Positions 31,295-42,885 of a DNA stretch of 64,000 nt are shown one piece after another. Source of the DNA: an uncultured Chthonomonadaceae bacterium (GTDB lineage: Bacteria > Armatimonadota > Chthonomonadetes > Chthonomonadales > Chthonomonadaceae); NCBI GenBank assembly GCA_963835065.1, contig CAWIEK010000045.1, positions 1 to 64,000 on the forward strand, read 5' to 3'. Each line of letters opens with the position of its first letter. The stretch's first letter is position 1. Under the pieces are notes generated by a model. The model was given only the letters and a program-made list of their open reading frames with translations. It did not search any database and had not been told where the DNA came from. The position numbers were made by a program, and so were the translations under genes.

Positions 31295-31333
31295 GATACG
31301 CAGACAGGATGAATTTAGCGGATTGGCGATGCG

Positions 31334-32416
31334 CTACAGCAAACTTTGCTGTCCACTGCCGCCGTTGCCGTTGCCCCAATCGTCGTTTTTGTTTTGTTTC
31401 ACGAGGTAGGGCAGGCACAGGTGGTCGCAGGCGGCGCGCGTGATTAAACGGCCCCGGTTGGTGCGGTTCAGGAAGCCTAACTGCATCAGGTACGGCTCTA
31501 CCATGTCTTCCAGCGTGTCTTTTTCCTCGCCTAGCAGCGCGCCAAGCGTGTCCAGGCCAACCGGCCCACCCTCGAACTTTTCGATGATGGCGCGCAGGAA
31601 GCGGCGATCCAGATTGTCCAGTCCCAATTCGTCCACTTCCAGATTGCGCAACTGCGCGTCGGCGGCTTCCTTGGTAATGATGTTGTCGGTAAACAACTGC
31701 GCGTAATCGCGGACGCGCTTGAGCATCCGGTTGGCGATACGGGGCGTACCGCGCGAACGGAGGGCGATTTCCCACGCGCCTTCCGGCTCGATCTTCACGT
31801 TCAAAATCACCGCGCTGCGCTTGACAATCGTATCCAGTTCCTCTGTGCTGTACAACTCGAACTGGTGATGGATGCCGAAGCGGTCGCGCATGGGCGATGA
31901 GATCATGCCCGCCCGCGTGGTCGCGCCGACAAGCGTAAAGTGCGGCAGCGTCAGGGGCAGGGTGCGGGCAGCAGGACCTTTGCCGATGATAATATCCAGC
32001 CGGAAGTCTTCCATCGCTGAATACAGCACTTCCTCAACGGAGCGGTTCAGGCGGTGGATTTCGTCAATGAAAAACACGCTGTCTTTTTCCAGACTGGTCA
32101 GAATGGCGGCCAGATCACCGGGTTTTTCCAGCGCGGGGCCGGACGTAATGCGTATCGGCACTTCCATTTCATTGGCGACGATGTTGCTCAAGGTGGTTTT
32201 GCCCAATCCGGGCGGGCCGTACAGCAGGACGTGGTCCAGGGCTTCGCCGCGCGATTTCGCCGCTTCAATGGCAATGCCTAAATTCTGCTTGGCTTTGGGC
32301 TGCCCGATCATCTCGCGCAGGCGCTTTGGCCGCAGCGACAACTCGCCCGAATCGTCGGGCTGTTCGCTCGGCGACATAAACCGCCCCTCCTCGTCCTCTC
32401 CTCCACGTCGTGACAT
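31334..32416 (-). CDS. ruvB: Holliday junction branch migration helicase RuvB
   Basis: [38 protein letters not shown] and GGPVGL. Confidence 0.97.
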   Translation of the reverse strand: MSRRGGEDEEGRFMSPSEQPDDSGELSLRPKRLREMIGQPKAKQNLGIAIEAAKSRGEALDHVLLYGPPGLGKTTLSNIVANEMEVPIRITSGPALEKPGDLAAILTSLEKDSVFFIDEIHRLNRSVEEVLYSAMEDFRLDIIIGKGPAARTLPLTLPHFTLVGATTRAGMISSPMRDRFGIHHQFELYSTEELDTIVKRSAVILNVKIEPEGAWEIALRSRGTPRIANRMLKRVRDYAQLFTDNIITKEAADAQLRNLEVDELGLDNLDRRFLRAIIEKFEGGPVGLDTLGALLGEEKDTLEDMVEPYLMQLGFLNRTNRGRLITRAACDHLCLPYLVKQNKNDDWGNGNGGSGQQSLL

Positions 32417-32552
32417 AGCGATTCCTTTCCGCGTCAGCAGCAAATACAAAATAGTTCTGATAGATTATTGTAACACGAAAGTGTCTTTTTGTCTACTATA
32501 CGGCTGGCGTTCAAGGAGGAAATGTGAGACAGGATGGTATAGGAGGCGAAGG

Positions 32553-32849
32553 TTACGTCCGATTGGTAGGCCATATCTCGACGGAAACGTAGTCATAGCG
32601 CGTTTCATGCGAACCCTCTTTGACAGCCTCCTTGTCCGCTTCCCTGCCTGCCGGGGTTGCCGTTGACGCATTGTTCGGCGGATTGGCAGGCGCGGGCGCG
32701 CGGACGACGCGCACCCATCCACTCGCGGGAGCCACGACGACCCCATTGGCTTCCGTATTCAAGCCTAAGATCGCGCCGCGCTGCACAAACTCGCCATCGC
32801 GGTAAATGGCTCCATAAATCGGGTGAACGGATAAGCGCCAGGGTTCCAT
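32553..32849 (-). CDS. Hypothetical protein
   Basis: ORF only; GEFVQRGAILG...VVAPASGWV loosely resembles a beta-sandwich hybrid motif. Confidence 0.35.
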   Translation of the reverse strand: MEPWRLSVHPIYGAIYRDGEFVQRGAILGLNTEANGVVVAPASGWVRVVRAPAPANPPNNASTATPAGREADKEAVKEGSHETRYDYVSVEIWPTNRT

Positions 32850-33174
32850 GAATAACTTCTCCCATGCAATCTGCGCCAGAAATAAGGCTGTAATTAAGGA
32901 AGGGCCGACAGAAAAGGGGCACGAATAGAGTGCTGCCGTGTATTATGGCAGTTGGCGCAAGGGAATACAACGGGAGTGTGTCACGCGCCGATTGTAAAAC
33001 CGGTAACACGGCGGGGTATTACCTGAAGCGAGCGAAAAGAAGGACAACAGATGCTTTTTCGCGCCTATTCTGCTTTGACCGATTCAAGGCGAAATTGTTC
33101 CGTTCTCCTGCCGGTATTTTCGCGCGTTCTTCCCGCCTTGACAGCATTTGCTGTGTGCTTCATAATGCGGGCTA

Positions 33175-35672
33175 ATGGCTTCACTCTTTCCTTACAATTA
33201 TTTGCCCTTTCCGCGTCGGGACGTCCGGCGTATTCGGGTTTGCTCCTGCGTTGCGTGGATACTGTTGTGGCTGTGCGGCATGGGAAGCGCAAAAGCGCAA
33301 ACGCCACCAGTCCCCGCGCACCGCGTTATTGTTCTGCTGGTTCCCGGCCTTCGCGCCGAGGACCTGACGCGAGTGGATTTGCCGGGACTGGCTGCCCTGC
33401 GCACGGAAGGCGCGGCAGGCTGGATGATTTGCCGCGCCGCCCGCTCCGCTGACCGCAATCTGCTGCTCCCGGATGGCCGCGACACCCCGGCTTCGCTCAC
33501 TCTTACGCTTAGCAGCGGCGGGCGCGTTCTGGCAGGGCGTCCGGCAGAAGAGAAGAAAAGAAGAAAAGAAGAAGAGAAGACAGAACAACAGGGAACAGGG
33601 AACAGGGAACAGGGAACAGAAGAAACGCAGTCGGCAATCGGCAATCCACAATCGAAAATCGAAAATCGAAAATCGAAAATCGCTGGGTTGGGCGATTTGA
33701 TACATGCAAAAGGCTGGCACACGGTTGTTTACGGCAATTCAGATACGGATGTTGTTGATGATGAGGGAACGCTGCTGGCGGCGGATAGCGCGGGAAAAGT
33801 TGACTTTCTCCATACGGAAGCCTTGACGGATGCGCAAGCCCTGTACGCGCCCTACGGCAAGCGCGACAATATCCCTGCCCTACTGCTCGCGCTTTCCACA
33901 GCCTCAGAGCGGTATGCGCTGGTGACACTGGTGTTTGGCGATCTGGCGCGGGCGGACGCTTACGGCGCGTTGTGCCTGCCCGCGCAGCGCGACCTTCACC
34001 GCCTAACGGCTTTGCGCTCTCTTGATGGACTGCTGACAACACTCCATTCCCAAATGCAGGCCGCGCCCGGTCCGCCGATCCGCTTTTTCCTGCTATCCCC
34101 TGCTCCGGCAACATCAGCCGACTTGCATGACCGGCTTACGCCCATTCTGATGTGGGGGCACGATGTACGCGCCGGGATTCTGGCATCCCCTTCCACGCGC
34201 CTGCCCGGTATCGTCGTCAACACGGATTTTCTGCCGTCTCTCGCCGAAGCGTTCGGCGTCGCGCCACCTGCGGGAGCGATTGGGCGGGCTTTTCAAGCGC
34301 AGCCCACGCGCAATGCCAACTCGCTTACCGACTGGCAAGCGGCTCACAATCAAATTTTACAATCGGAGCGCTTGAAAGACGTTTACGGCGGATTGCCCAC
34401 CCTGCAAATGCTGCTAGTAATTGCGGCGTTAGGATGCTTCCACTTCCGTCGCTATCGCTTCGCCGGTTCCTTTATCACCGCGATTGTCGCCCTGCCGCTT
34501 GCCCTTTTGCTGCTGCCGTACCTGTCCTTTGCTGCGGCCTCGGTAACTGGCGCGGGCATCGCAATCACAATTTTCCTTCTAGCCTTCGCCACAGTAGCAT
34601 GGTGTTTGTACCCGTCCCGGCGTGGGGTTCCGTTCCTCCTGACAATGCTGTTTACAGTTCTGCTCAGCGTCCTTGCCCTTGATCTGCTTACCGGCTCCCA
34701 TCTCTTGCGTCAGGCATGGATGAGTTACTCCGTCATGGAAGCGGCCCGCTTCTACGGCATTGGCAACGAGTACATGGGCGTTATGATCGGGGCGGCATGT
34801 ATTGTGATAGGGAAAAGGGATAAGGGAAAAGGGAAAGGGATAAGGAAGAGGGGGAGAAGAGGAGAGAGGGAGAAGAGAAGACAGAAGCAAGCGAACCGCC
34901 GCCTATCAACTATCAACTATCAACTAAAAACTCCTTATCCCTTATCCCTTACACCTTATCCCTTTTCTTCCTCCTCTTCCTCCTCGGCTACAACCGTTTC
35001 GGGGCGAAGGTCGGCGCAATTCCTTCAGCGGGCATGGCGCTGGGCGTGGAAGGGTTGATGCTGTGGCGGGGCAGGCTTCGCGCCCGTGACCTGCTCCTGA
35101 TTGGCGGGGCGGCGGTGTTGGTTTTGGCCGGGTTGCTGCTGCTGGATATGCGGCACGGAATGGGTGAGCAATCCCATTTCGCCCGCGCGTTTGCCGGTTC
35201 GGGCGGCAGCCTGCCCGAAATAGCCCTGCGCAAACTCCGTCTGGAAGGCTATCTGCTCCTGCACAGTCCGTGGAGCGCGGCCCTGCTTGCGGCCTCACTT
35301 GGTTTCTTTGCTGTGGTGACAGGCAGGGGAAAAGAAGAGAAGACAGGGAACAGGGAACAGGGAACAGAAGGGGAGATACAAGATACAAGATATAAGATAC
35401 AAGCAGGAGGTGAGGCTTCATCACTCATCACTCATCACTCATCATTTCCTGCCCTATCAACTATCAACTATCAACTATCAACTACTTACGGTCTTATAAC
35501 CGGCGCAATGGCGTCGCTGCTTTGCAATGATTCGGGAGTAACGGCAGCCGCTATGATTATGCTGTTCGGGTTTGCGTGGGTATTGGCGCAGGAGGCAGAG
35601 GACAAGCGTTTGGGCGTTTTCCCTGTTTCCTCTTCTGATGCTGCGAGTGGCGTTTCGGAACCCATTGATTGA
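33175..35672 (+). pseudogene. Membrane protein (phosphatase-like N-terminus plus multi-TM domain) split by a frameshift inside a tandem-repeat tract
   Basis: ARFYGIGNEYMG in ORF 33175-35058; GAKVG...NDSG in the frame of ORF 35034-35672; frame changes within 34810-34960. Confidence 0.7.
34810..35484. repeat. Clusters of heptamer short tandem repeats (STRR-like), representative of many in the window
   Basis: (gggaaca)n, (atcaact)n, (tcatcac)n, (aagatac)n and (ccttatc)n; other clusters at about 790, 1580, 3755, 11650, 14700, 21815, 22895, 22983, 27826, 33585, 38815, 41280, 49230 and 52000. Confidence 0.85.
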
Positions 35673-35736
35673 AACCTGCCTTTTTGACGCCTGTCTTTCA
35701 CTTGGTCTTATCACCCGCTTACAGTCGCGTACGCAA

Positions 35737-38598
35737 ATGACCCAACACTCAACACCCGATACCCAACACCCGATACCTCCTCCTACAAAGAGGAGGTTGC
35801 GCCACGTCTTGCGGGAGCGTTGGCAGGCATGGAGGCCGCGCTTGCTGTTTGTGGAACGCGCGGTTTTTGTTGTGTCGGTAATCGGGGCGCTGTTGTTTCC
35901 CGGCTGGCGCGAAAACCTTGCCGGCCTGTGGATGAGTCTGAACGGCGTTTACGCCTTGATTGCCTGCGCGTGGGTGACGCTGCATGGCCGTGCGCTATGG
36001 CACGTTCGGGACAGCATCTTGCGTTGGGCCATTTGTTTGTCTGTGCTGTGCGGGCTGATGATTTATACCACGCAATTTGACGCGGCGGTTTCTATCGGCA
36101 ATCCCGCCGGAATCCCTTCCCCCATCGAAGCCATTGGGCCGACCCTGCTCCTGCCTATCTGGTTCCTATTATTCTGCGGGCTGATGGTGGTTGGACTGAT
36201 CGGGGGAAGCGTCGGCTCGTTTGTGGGGCGACGGAGCGGAGACAATGAGCGCTCCGCCCGCGTCGGCGTTACAATGAGTATGGTATCTACGATTGCGCTG
36301 GCGGTTGCCGTCGCGTTCCTGCCGAAAAATGTCGGCGCGGATGGTTTGGGAATGGGCTTACTGTTTTGCAGTTTTCCCCTGCTGACGCGCCTGTATACGC
36401 AGACACAGCCCAATTTTTCAGGTCCCGTAAAGCATTGGATGCAGCCTGCAAAGCGCCTGCTTACCACCTGCCTGATATGGCGCTGGCATACGCCCGCGCT
36501 TCCCTTCGCCAAAGCGATTCCATCCGCCAATCGGATTCCGGCCCGCAAGTCAATGGTCACGCTGGACATGCGGGGCGCGATACTGGGATTTGTGGTTGCC
36601 GCGCTGCTGCTGCGGATTCCGGCGCGGTTTGTCGGCCCGCTGCAAAGCCAGGCGCTGACCGGGCTGACGCATTTGCGCGCAAGCGTAACGGCAGCCACGT
36701 CGCCGTTCCCGTCGGAAATGTTTCCAGCCGAACAGCGGCGCAAAGCGGCGAAGGCGCGCGAGGGGTTTGTAATTCTGCGCATGGACTTGCAAACGCGCTA
36801 CGATGCCGCGCGCGGCTCCGAAGCGGAAGTTCAGGCAGACATGATCGCGCGGCTTGAAAAATGGGGCGTAAAGCGCGTCGTTTTGCCCCTGCCTGTCCTG
36901 AAAGGCAAAATGATTTCCGGCCAAACGTCGCAAAATGACGGCCCGGCTCCCGATGACGACGATGTAAAGCATAATCGCGCTTATGCGCCCCTGCTGGCAC
37001 GGCTGCTCCATGCAACGCCGAACGTTGCGCTGGCCGTGCCTTCCAATGTTGATTTCGAGGACGCCCGCGTGAAACTGCTTGTCGGCGCGGCTTCCTCGGC
37101 AGGAACCGCCGAGGTTTCGCGTTCCCCGGCCACGTATCTGCCCATCGTGCCCGAAGCATGGCGTGACCGCCCGCCCCTGCCCGCCCTGCTGTGCGCGCAA
37201 ATCCTAACGTCTTCAGCGCCGCCTGCTCCGGCATTGCCGCCCATCAGACGGCAGGGCGCTATGCCGCCACAGTCTGAAAAGGCTCCGCTAAAGTCTCAAA
37301 AGGCTCCGCAGAACAGCGCCTTGCCGCATACGTTACGGGAGATACCCGGCTGCGCGCGGCCCGGCGTTTATGACGACAGCGTACTGGTTGATTTCGTCGG
37401 GCAGGGGCCGCGCGAGGATTTTCTGCATGCCACCTACAGTGAAATCCGCGCCAACGCGCCCCTGCTGTCTCTTAAAGCAGGAGACGCGCCGCCGCAAAAA
37501 GCTTCCCCGGATACTCCCAGAGTCCGGGGCGAATGGAAGCCGGCTTCCGAACTGCTGCGGGGGCGGGTGGTCTTTCTGGATGCCCTGCCCCATACGGCTG
37601 TACTCACGCCTGCCGGTTCCATGACGCAATCGGAAGCGCAGGCGTATGCCGCGTCCACGCTGCTGTCGCAGGAAGCCTTTACGCGGACTGCGCCGCTCAC
37701 ATTCGCCATTTTGACGCTGCTGCTCGGCGCGTTCGTCGGCCATACCTGCGCGCGGCAGGAGCCGCTGGATGCCATTATCCGCCTGCTTATTCCCCTCTTT
37801 CTCGTGGTCGCCGGAAGCATTGAATTGTTTCTGTTTCAGTCTGCGTGGTTCGATCCCGTCTTGCCCCTGCTGACGATGGCCGCGACGGGTATGCTTGCCA
37901 CGCAGTTCCGCTTTGCCCGCGAACGCGCCGAAAAACACCGCGCGTCGGCGCTGTTCGGGCGGTTTGTGGCCCCGCACATGGTGCAGAGGTGGCTGGCGCA
38001 GCGCGAGGAAGAGTTGGGGATGGGCGGAACCCGCGAGAAAATCTGCGTCCTGTTCGCCGACGCGCGCCAATTCACCGCGTTTGCCGAACAAAACGACGCC
38101 ACCATTGTCCTCGATGTCATCAACGCCTACATGACCGCGCTGACGGATGCCCTTCACGCGCATGGCGGCATTTTGGACAAGTACACGGGCGACGGCCTGA
38201 TGGCGTTTTTCCAGATCACCCACTCGCCTTCCGAAGACATTGGCCGCGCCGTACACGCCGCGCTTGCCATGCGCGACGCCGCGCTGCAATTGTCCGCGCA
38301 GCAGGAACGCGACGGCAAGCCGATGCTGTCATTGGGAATTTCGCTGCATTACGGCGAAGCGATTGTGGGCTTGGTGGGCAACCCGAAGCTGCAGATCAAT
38401 TATACGGCGATGGGGTTGGCGGTTGTAGTCGCCGCCCGCCTGCAAACCATAGCGGGCGGGGGCGATGTAGTGGTCAGCGAAGAAGTCTACCGCGAAACGC
38501 AGGAAGCGTTTGCGTTTGTCGTGGGCGAACCGGTACAGGTCAAGGGCTTAACGCAGCCCGTGCGCCCCTACCGCGTCCTTGCCGCCCAATCGGAATAG
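35737..38598 (+). CDS. Membrane CHASE2-like adenylate/guanylate cyclase
   Basis: VLFADARQFT, DKYTGDGLMAFF, GISLHYGEAIVG and AARLQ; TM segments plus an extracytoplasmic domain. Confidence 0.85.
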   Translation: MTQHSTPDTQHPIPPPTKRRLRHVLRERWQAWRPRLLFVERAVFVVSVIGALLFPGWRENLAGLWMSLNGVYALIACAWVTLHGRALWHVRDSILRWAICLSVLCGLMIYTTQFDAAVSIGNPAGIPSPIEAIGPTLLLPIWFLLFCGLMVVGLIGGSVGSFVGRRSGDNERSARVGVTMSMVSTIALAVAVAFLPKNVGADGLGMGLLFCSFPLLTRLYTQTQPNFSGPVKHWMQPAKRLLTTCLIWRWHTPALPFAKAIPSANRIPARKSMVTLDMRGAILGFVVAALLLRIPARFVGPLQSQALTGLTHLRASVTAATSPFPSEMFPAEQRRKAAKAREGFVILRMDLQTRYDAARGSEAEVQADMIARLEKWGVKRVVLPLPVLKGKMISGQTSQNDGPAPDDDDVKHNRAYAPLLARLLHATPNVALAVPSNVDFEDARVKLLVGAASSAGTAEVSRSPATYLPIVPEAWRDRPPLPALLCAQILTSSAPPAPALPPIRRQGAMPPQSEKAPLKSQKAPQNSALPHTLREIPGCARPGVYDDSVLVDFVGQGPREDFLHATYSEIRANAPLLSLKAGDAPPQKASPDTPRVRGEWKPASELLRGRVVFLDALPHTAVLTPAGSMTQSEAQAYAASTLLSQEAFTRTAPLTFAILTLLLGAFVGHTCARQEPLDAIIRLLIPLFLVVAGSIELFLFQSAWFDPVLPLLTMAATGMLATQFRFARERAEKHRASALFGRFVAPHMVQRWLAQREEELGMGGTREKICVLFADARQFTAFAEQNDATIVLDVINAYMTALTDALHAHGGILDKYTGDGLMAFFQITHSPSEDIGRAVHAALAMRDAALQLSAQQERDGKPMLSLGISLHYGEAIVGLVGNPKLQINYTAMGLAVVVAARLQTIAGGGDVVVSEEVYRETQEAFAFVVGEPVQVKGLTQPVRPYRVLAAQSE

Positions 38599-39003
38599 GA
38601 AGTTCTTTCAACCCCCAACATCAGCCAAAGCTTTGCTAAAACGGGAAAAGCGGTCTGTACAAAAAAGGTATGTAGAGTCATCGTCGAAATCTTGGCAATG
38701 CAGCGCTTCCAGCCCGATGTCTCGTTGTGTCAAATTGTAGGAGAGAGGCATCGTGACCTCGTAAGCATCAGGGCGAACGGGAGGGGTGAAACATAGGACT
38801 GGCACCTCCCTTCTCAGTTGATAGTTGATAGTTGATAGTTGATAGGAACTAGCAACGTTCAGCCTTCTTGTTTGTATAGCAGACGTTGTTCTACTGTTTA
38901 GACGACTGTGTGGGGCAAAGGTTTCGTTCTTTTTGCGTTGTTTGGCTTTTTTCTGTCTTTTTGGAATTATTTTTGCAGAATGGTTTTGGCGAGAGGGTTG
39001 CTG

Positions 39004-39591
39004 TTAGCGTGGTATGGGAATGGGGAATGTGCTTCCGCGTGGAGCAAGGGGAAAGGGCGCTTGCTTCAGGTTCGTACATCCAGCATTTGCCAGGGACGCC
39101 GGGACATGGCTGCTGAGGACGTTGCCGCTCGTGTCCAGCCGAACCGCAACACTGCCTTGCACATCAAAGGCATAGAACACGCTGCCGCCGCCTACCCCGT
39201 TCACATGCCGAGCAACCAAGCCGTTCGCGCCAACGGTGTTGACGGCTGTGACGTTGCCGCTTGCGTCGAGTTCACAGACGGGAACAAGCCCATCGTAGAG
39301 GAAGTACGTTCTGCCAGCCGAAGATTGCTTCCAAGCCCGCAAGCCGTCGCTGCCATACCCTGCCGTGAGCGCCGTGCCAATGCTCGTCAGCTTGTTGTTG
39401 GCGTCGTAGGCGAGCGCACTCCCGTTCCAACTTTGCGGGTTGCCGTTGGCATCGAAGGTGACAGTTCCGCCCTGCGTGTTCTGGTTGACGCTGTTGAAGG
39501 TCTGCGTTACGCCCTTGAACGTGGTCGGATTGCCCACAAGGTAATACCCATAGCCGTTGCTGTACCCACCTGTGCCCTTCCATGTAGTCAC
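39004..39591 (-). pseudogene. RHS-repeat core fragment
   Basis: FDANGNP, YDANNKLT, YGSDGLRAWK, YFLYDG and FYAFDVQG repeats; no N-terminus and no toxin tip. Confidence 0.75.
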
Positions 39592-39637
39592 TAACCTCTG
39601 ATAGCAGAAGGTTAGTCAGAATCTGAGTCAGGCGTAG

Positions 39638-40168
39638 TCACCTAGTTTCTTTATGCGCTTCATCATCCAACCACTGTAGGTTCTCGGCTCCCGCTTCCTT
39701 CACTCCCATGTTTGTACTCTGGTACGCACGAGTGGCAAACTTGCGTGTGAGATCATCGCTGACTTTTCGACATAGTATCAACATCTCCACAACTTCTTGT
39801 TCGTCCATGTTCTGAAAGTAAGGTTCTAAAGCCTCTTCAAGCGGCTGAATAAGTTCATCGTATGGCACAGAAACTATCACCTCTTGAATAATATCTGTTT
39901 GCCCGCTCCAATAACTAAGACGCTTCAGCAATTCAGGCAGTAACTTCACTTTGTCATCGTTGCTTAATTCTTTCACAATGAACGGAGTACACAGATATGC
40001 CCTCCGCTCATTGTAATCGGTCAGCCCGTTACGAAGATACTGCTGATAGTTGGGACCGGTCACAAACGTTTCCAACAATTCTTTATACAGCAGAGGATTC
40101 CTGGCATGTTGAGAAACGGCATAGACGAGCTTTTGCCAAAGCAAGCCAGCCTCATCCTGAGATAACAT
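39638..40168 (-). CDS. Hypothetical helical protein, possible orphan RHS immunity protein
   Basis: Lower GC than its neighbours, acidic and helical, immediately upstream of the RHS fragment. Confidence 0.5.
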   Translation of the reverse strand: MLSQDEAGLLWQKLVYAVSQHARNPLLYKELLETFVTGPNYQQYLRNGLTDYNERRAYLCTPFIVKELSNDDKVKLLPELLKRLSYWSGQTDIIQEVIVSVPYDELIQPLEEALEPYFQNMDEQEVVEMLILCRKVSDDLTRKFATRAYQSTNMGVKEAGAENLQWLDDEAHKETR

Positions 40169-40171
40169 TCC

Positions 40172-41152
40172 TTAATCCGCCACTTTGAGGACGACTTTGC
40201 CGTTGATGTGGCCTTCCTGCTGGATTTGCTGCGCTTCGGCGGCGTGTTCTAAGGGCAGGATGCGGGCGACAAACGTGCGCAGTTCGCCCGTGTTCAGTTG
40301 TTTGGCGATGTCGGACAGCAGCATCCCGCTCGGCTGCATTTGAAACATTTGGGCGCGGACGTTGTACTCCTTCGCGGTATCCTGTGAAGGCGGGTCCGTT
40401 GTCGTGACCAGAATTCCGCCCGCGTTGAGCGTCCGCCATGTCCGTTCGCGTATGTCGCCGCCAATCGTGTCCAGAGCCACATCCACGCCGCTGACGTGCT
40501 GTTCAAATTGGATGCTGTTGTAATCCAGTACGGTATCCGCGCCTAACTCGCGCAGCAGAGACGTGTGTTCGTGGGTACTCAGCGCGACGATATGACAGCC
40601 GACCTGCCGCGCGAACTGAATGGCGTACATGCCGACGCCGCCCGCTGCACCGTGTATCAGCACCTTGTCGCCCCTGCCGATACGCGCCGCCTGATGCAAT
40701 GCCTGCCATGCCGTCATCGCTACAACCGGAACGCTGGCCGCTTCCACAGCCGTCAGCGCCCCTGGCTTGTGCGCCACTTCGCCCGCGCGGGCAATCGCGT
40801 ACTGCGCATACGCCCCGCCTCTTTCGCTCGCCGCCACGCCGTACACATGTTCGCCAACCGCAATGTGCTTGACGCCCTCCCCGACTTCCACGACCACGCC
40901 CGCAAAGTCAGAGCCGAGGATTGCCGGAAAAGTCAGCGGAAATACCGCCTGCACCGCGCCACTGCGCATTTTATAATCAATCGGATTCACACCCGCCGCC
41001 TGTACGCGGACCAAAACTTCGCCTTCTCCCGGCTGTGGAATGGGCGCGTCCTCATATTGCAGCGCTTCCGGCCCGCCATAACCGTGTATCCGCACCGCCT
41101 TCATCGTCGCCGGTCTTGCCGACGCCACGCTTCCCGCCTCATAAATCGTCAT
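40172..41152 (-). CDS. NADP-dependent (quinone) oxidoreductase, MDR family
   Basis: MKAVRIHGYGGPE, AAGVNPID, GAAGGVG and GKVVL. Confidence 0.9.
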   Translation of the reverse strand: MTIYEAGSVASARPATMKAVRIHGYGGPEALQYEDAPIPQPGEGEVLVRVQAAGVNPIDYKMRSGAVQAVFPLTFPAILGSDFAGVVVEVGEGVKHIAVGEHVYGVAASERGGAYAQYAIARAGEVAHKPGALTAVEAASVPVVAMTAWQALHQAARIGRGDKVLIHGAAGGVGMYAIQFARQVGCHIVALSTHEHTSLLRELGADTVLDYNSIQFEQHVSGVDVALDTIGGDIRERTWRTLNAGGILVTTTDPPSQDTAKEYNVRAQMFQMQPSGMLLSDIAKQLNTGELRTFVARILPLEHAAEAQQIQQEGHINGKVVLKVAD

Positions 41153-41490
41153 TGCCGTCCCTCCTCCACGCGCCCAAATTCATATTGCTTCCTACTTTGC
41201 TATACGCGCCAACTTCCCGCCCGTTCCGCTTGCAAAAGAAGAAAAGGAGAAGAGGAGAAGAGGAGAGGGAGAGAAGACGGAATATAGGAATATGGAATAT
41301 AGGAAGCCTGAACACCGAATACCGAATACCGAACACCTAAATACCCTAGAACCCTAAAACCATAAAAACCTAAAACCTTAACCCTCCTACAAAGGAATCT
41401 GCCCGTGCAATGCGGAATATACCGGTAATCTGATTACCTGCCGGGCGGCAATCCTTACAATGCCCGGCATACTCCGAGGAGCCAACGCCG

Positions 41491-42852
41491 GTGACTGCAA
41501 CAGATTTCAGTTCGATACCATCCGAGGAAACGGAACTTGCTCCGTTTGAACGCGAGGCGCTTGTCCGCCGCGTGACCATGCGCCTGATCCCCTTTTTGTT
41601 TTTTCTTTATGTGATCGCCTACCTTGACCGCGTGAACGTGTCCATTGCCAAACTGCAAATGCAGCCGGCCTTGCACTTCAGTGACGCGGTTTATGGGTTG
41701 GGAACGGGTATCTTTTTCATCGGCTACTTCTTTTTCGAGGTGCCGAGCAATCTGATGCTGGCGCGGTTTGGGGCCAGGCGCTGGATTGCGCGCATTATGT
41801 TTACGTGGGGATTGCTGGCGATGGCAATGGCGCTGACGCGGAGCGCGCCTACCTTCTACGGCCTGCGCTTCCTGCTTGGCCTGGGCGAAGCCGGCTTTTT
41901 CCCCGGCGTGATTTTGTACCTGACGTGCTGGTTTACGCGGGCGGAACGGGCGCGCATCGTGGCCCTGTTTATGACCGGAAACATGGTCGCGCTCATCCTG
42001 GGCAATCCGATTTCCGGCGCGCTGCTGAAAGTGCAGGGGCATGGATTGGCGGGCTGGCAATGGCTGTTTGTGCTGGAAGGCTTGCCCGCCGTCGTGGTCG
42101 CGTTCGTGGTTCTCTGGTATCTGCCGAATGGCCCCGAAGACGCGCGCTGGCTGACTTCAAAGGAACGGAACTGGCTTATCGGACGATTGCAGCAGGAGGA
42201 CCGCGCCTGTACGGGGCATGGCCTCTCGCTGTTCCAATCCATCACCCAGCCCCGCGTCGCCCTGATGAGCCTGCTGTACTTTACGCTCGTCCTCAGCATG
42301 TACGGGTATGGGTTCTGGCTGCCTTCCATCATCAAGAGTTTCGGCAAACTGTCGGATTTGTACGTCAGTTTCCTGACCGACATTCCTTATATCGCTACCG
42401 CTATCGGCATGGTGATGATTGGAATTCATTCGGATCGGAAGAAGGAGCGACGGCTGCATGTCACCGCGTCCGCTTTGATGGGATGCCTGGGGCTGACGGT
42501 TGCGGCGTTCACGATTCATTGGCCTGCCATTTGCCTGGCCGCGCTTGCGGTTGCCGCCATCGGCATGTGGGGCACACTGGGACCATTCTGGAGCCTGGCA
42601 ACGGAGTTTCTGGCGGGCGCGGCGGCGGCGGGCGCGATTGCGCTGACCAACAGCATTGGCAATTTAGGGGGGTTTGTCGGCCCCTACACCATCGGCAAAC
42701 TCGACCCTTCCAAGTTCGGTTTCACTATTCCCCTGCTGGTACTGGCGACATCCGCGCTGATTGCCAGTGTGATCGCATTCTGCTCCGGCAGCAGTCCCGG
42801 CTCCCCTGCCAAAGAAGTTCAAAGCTATCAAGTTCAAGAACAACCAACTTAA
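41491..42852 (+). CDS. MFS transporter, ACS/TtuB-like
   Basis: AYLDRVN, FEVPSN, GARRWIARI and EAGFFPG. Confidence 0.9.
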   Translation: MTATDFSSIPSEETELAPFEREALVRRVTMRLIPFLFFLYVIAYLDRVNVSIAKLQMQPALHFSDAVYGLGTGIFFIGYFFFEVPSNLMLARFGARRWIARIMFTWGLLAMAMALTRSAPTFYGLRFLLGLGEAGFFPGVILYLTCWFTRAERARIVALFMTGNMVALILGNPISGALLKVQGHGLAGWQWLFVLEGLPAVVVAFVVLWYLPNGPEDARWLTSKERNWLIGRLQQEDRACTGHGLSLFQSITQPRVALMSLLYFTLVLSMYGYGFWLPSIIKSFGKLSDLYVSFLTDIPYIATAIGMVMIGIHSDRKKERRLHVTASALMGCLGLTVAAFTIHWPAICLAALAVAAIGMWGTLGPFWSLATEFLAGAAAAGAIALTNSIGNLGGFVGPYTIGKLDPSKFGFTIPLLVLATSALIASVIAFCSGSSPGSPAKEVQSYQVQEQPT

Positions 42853-42885
42853 ATCCAATACTATTCGCTTGTGGGAGGTTTACAC

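Noticed and set aside
41412..41430. Fourth copy of the XRE-associated motif (cggaatataccggtaat)
   Set aside because: Only a partial match that could arise by chance
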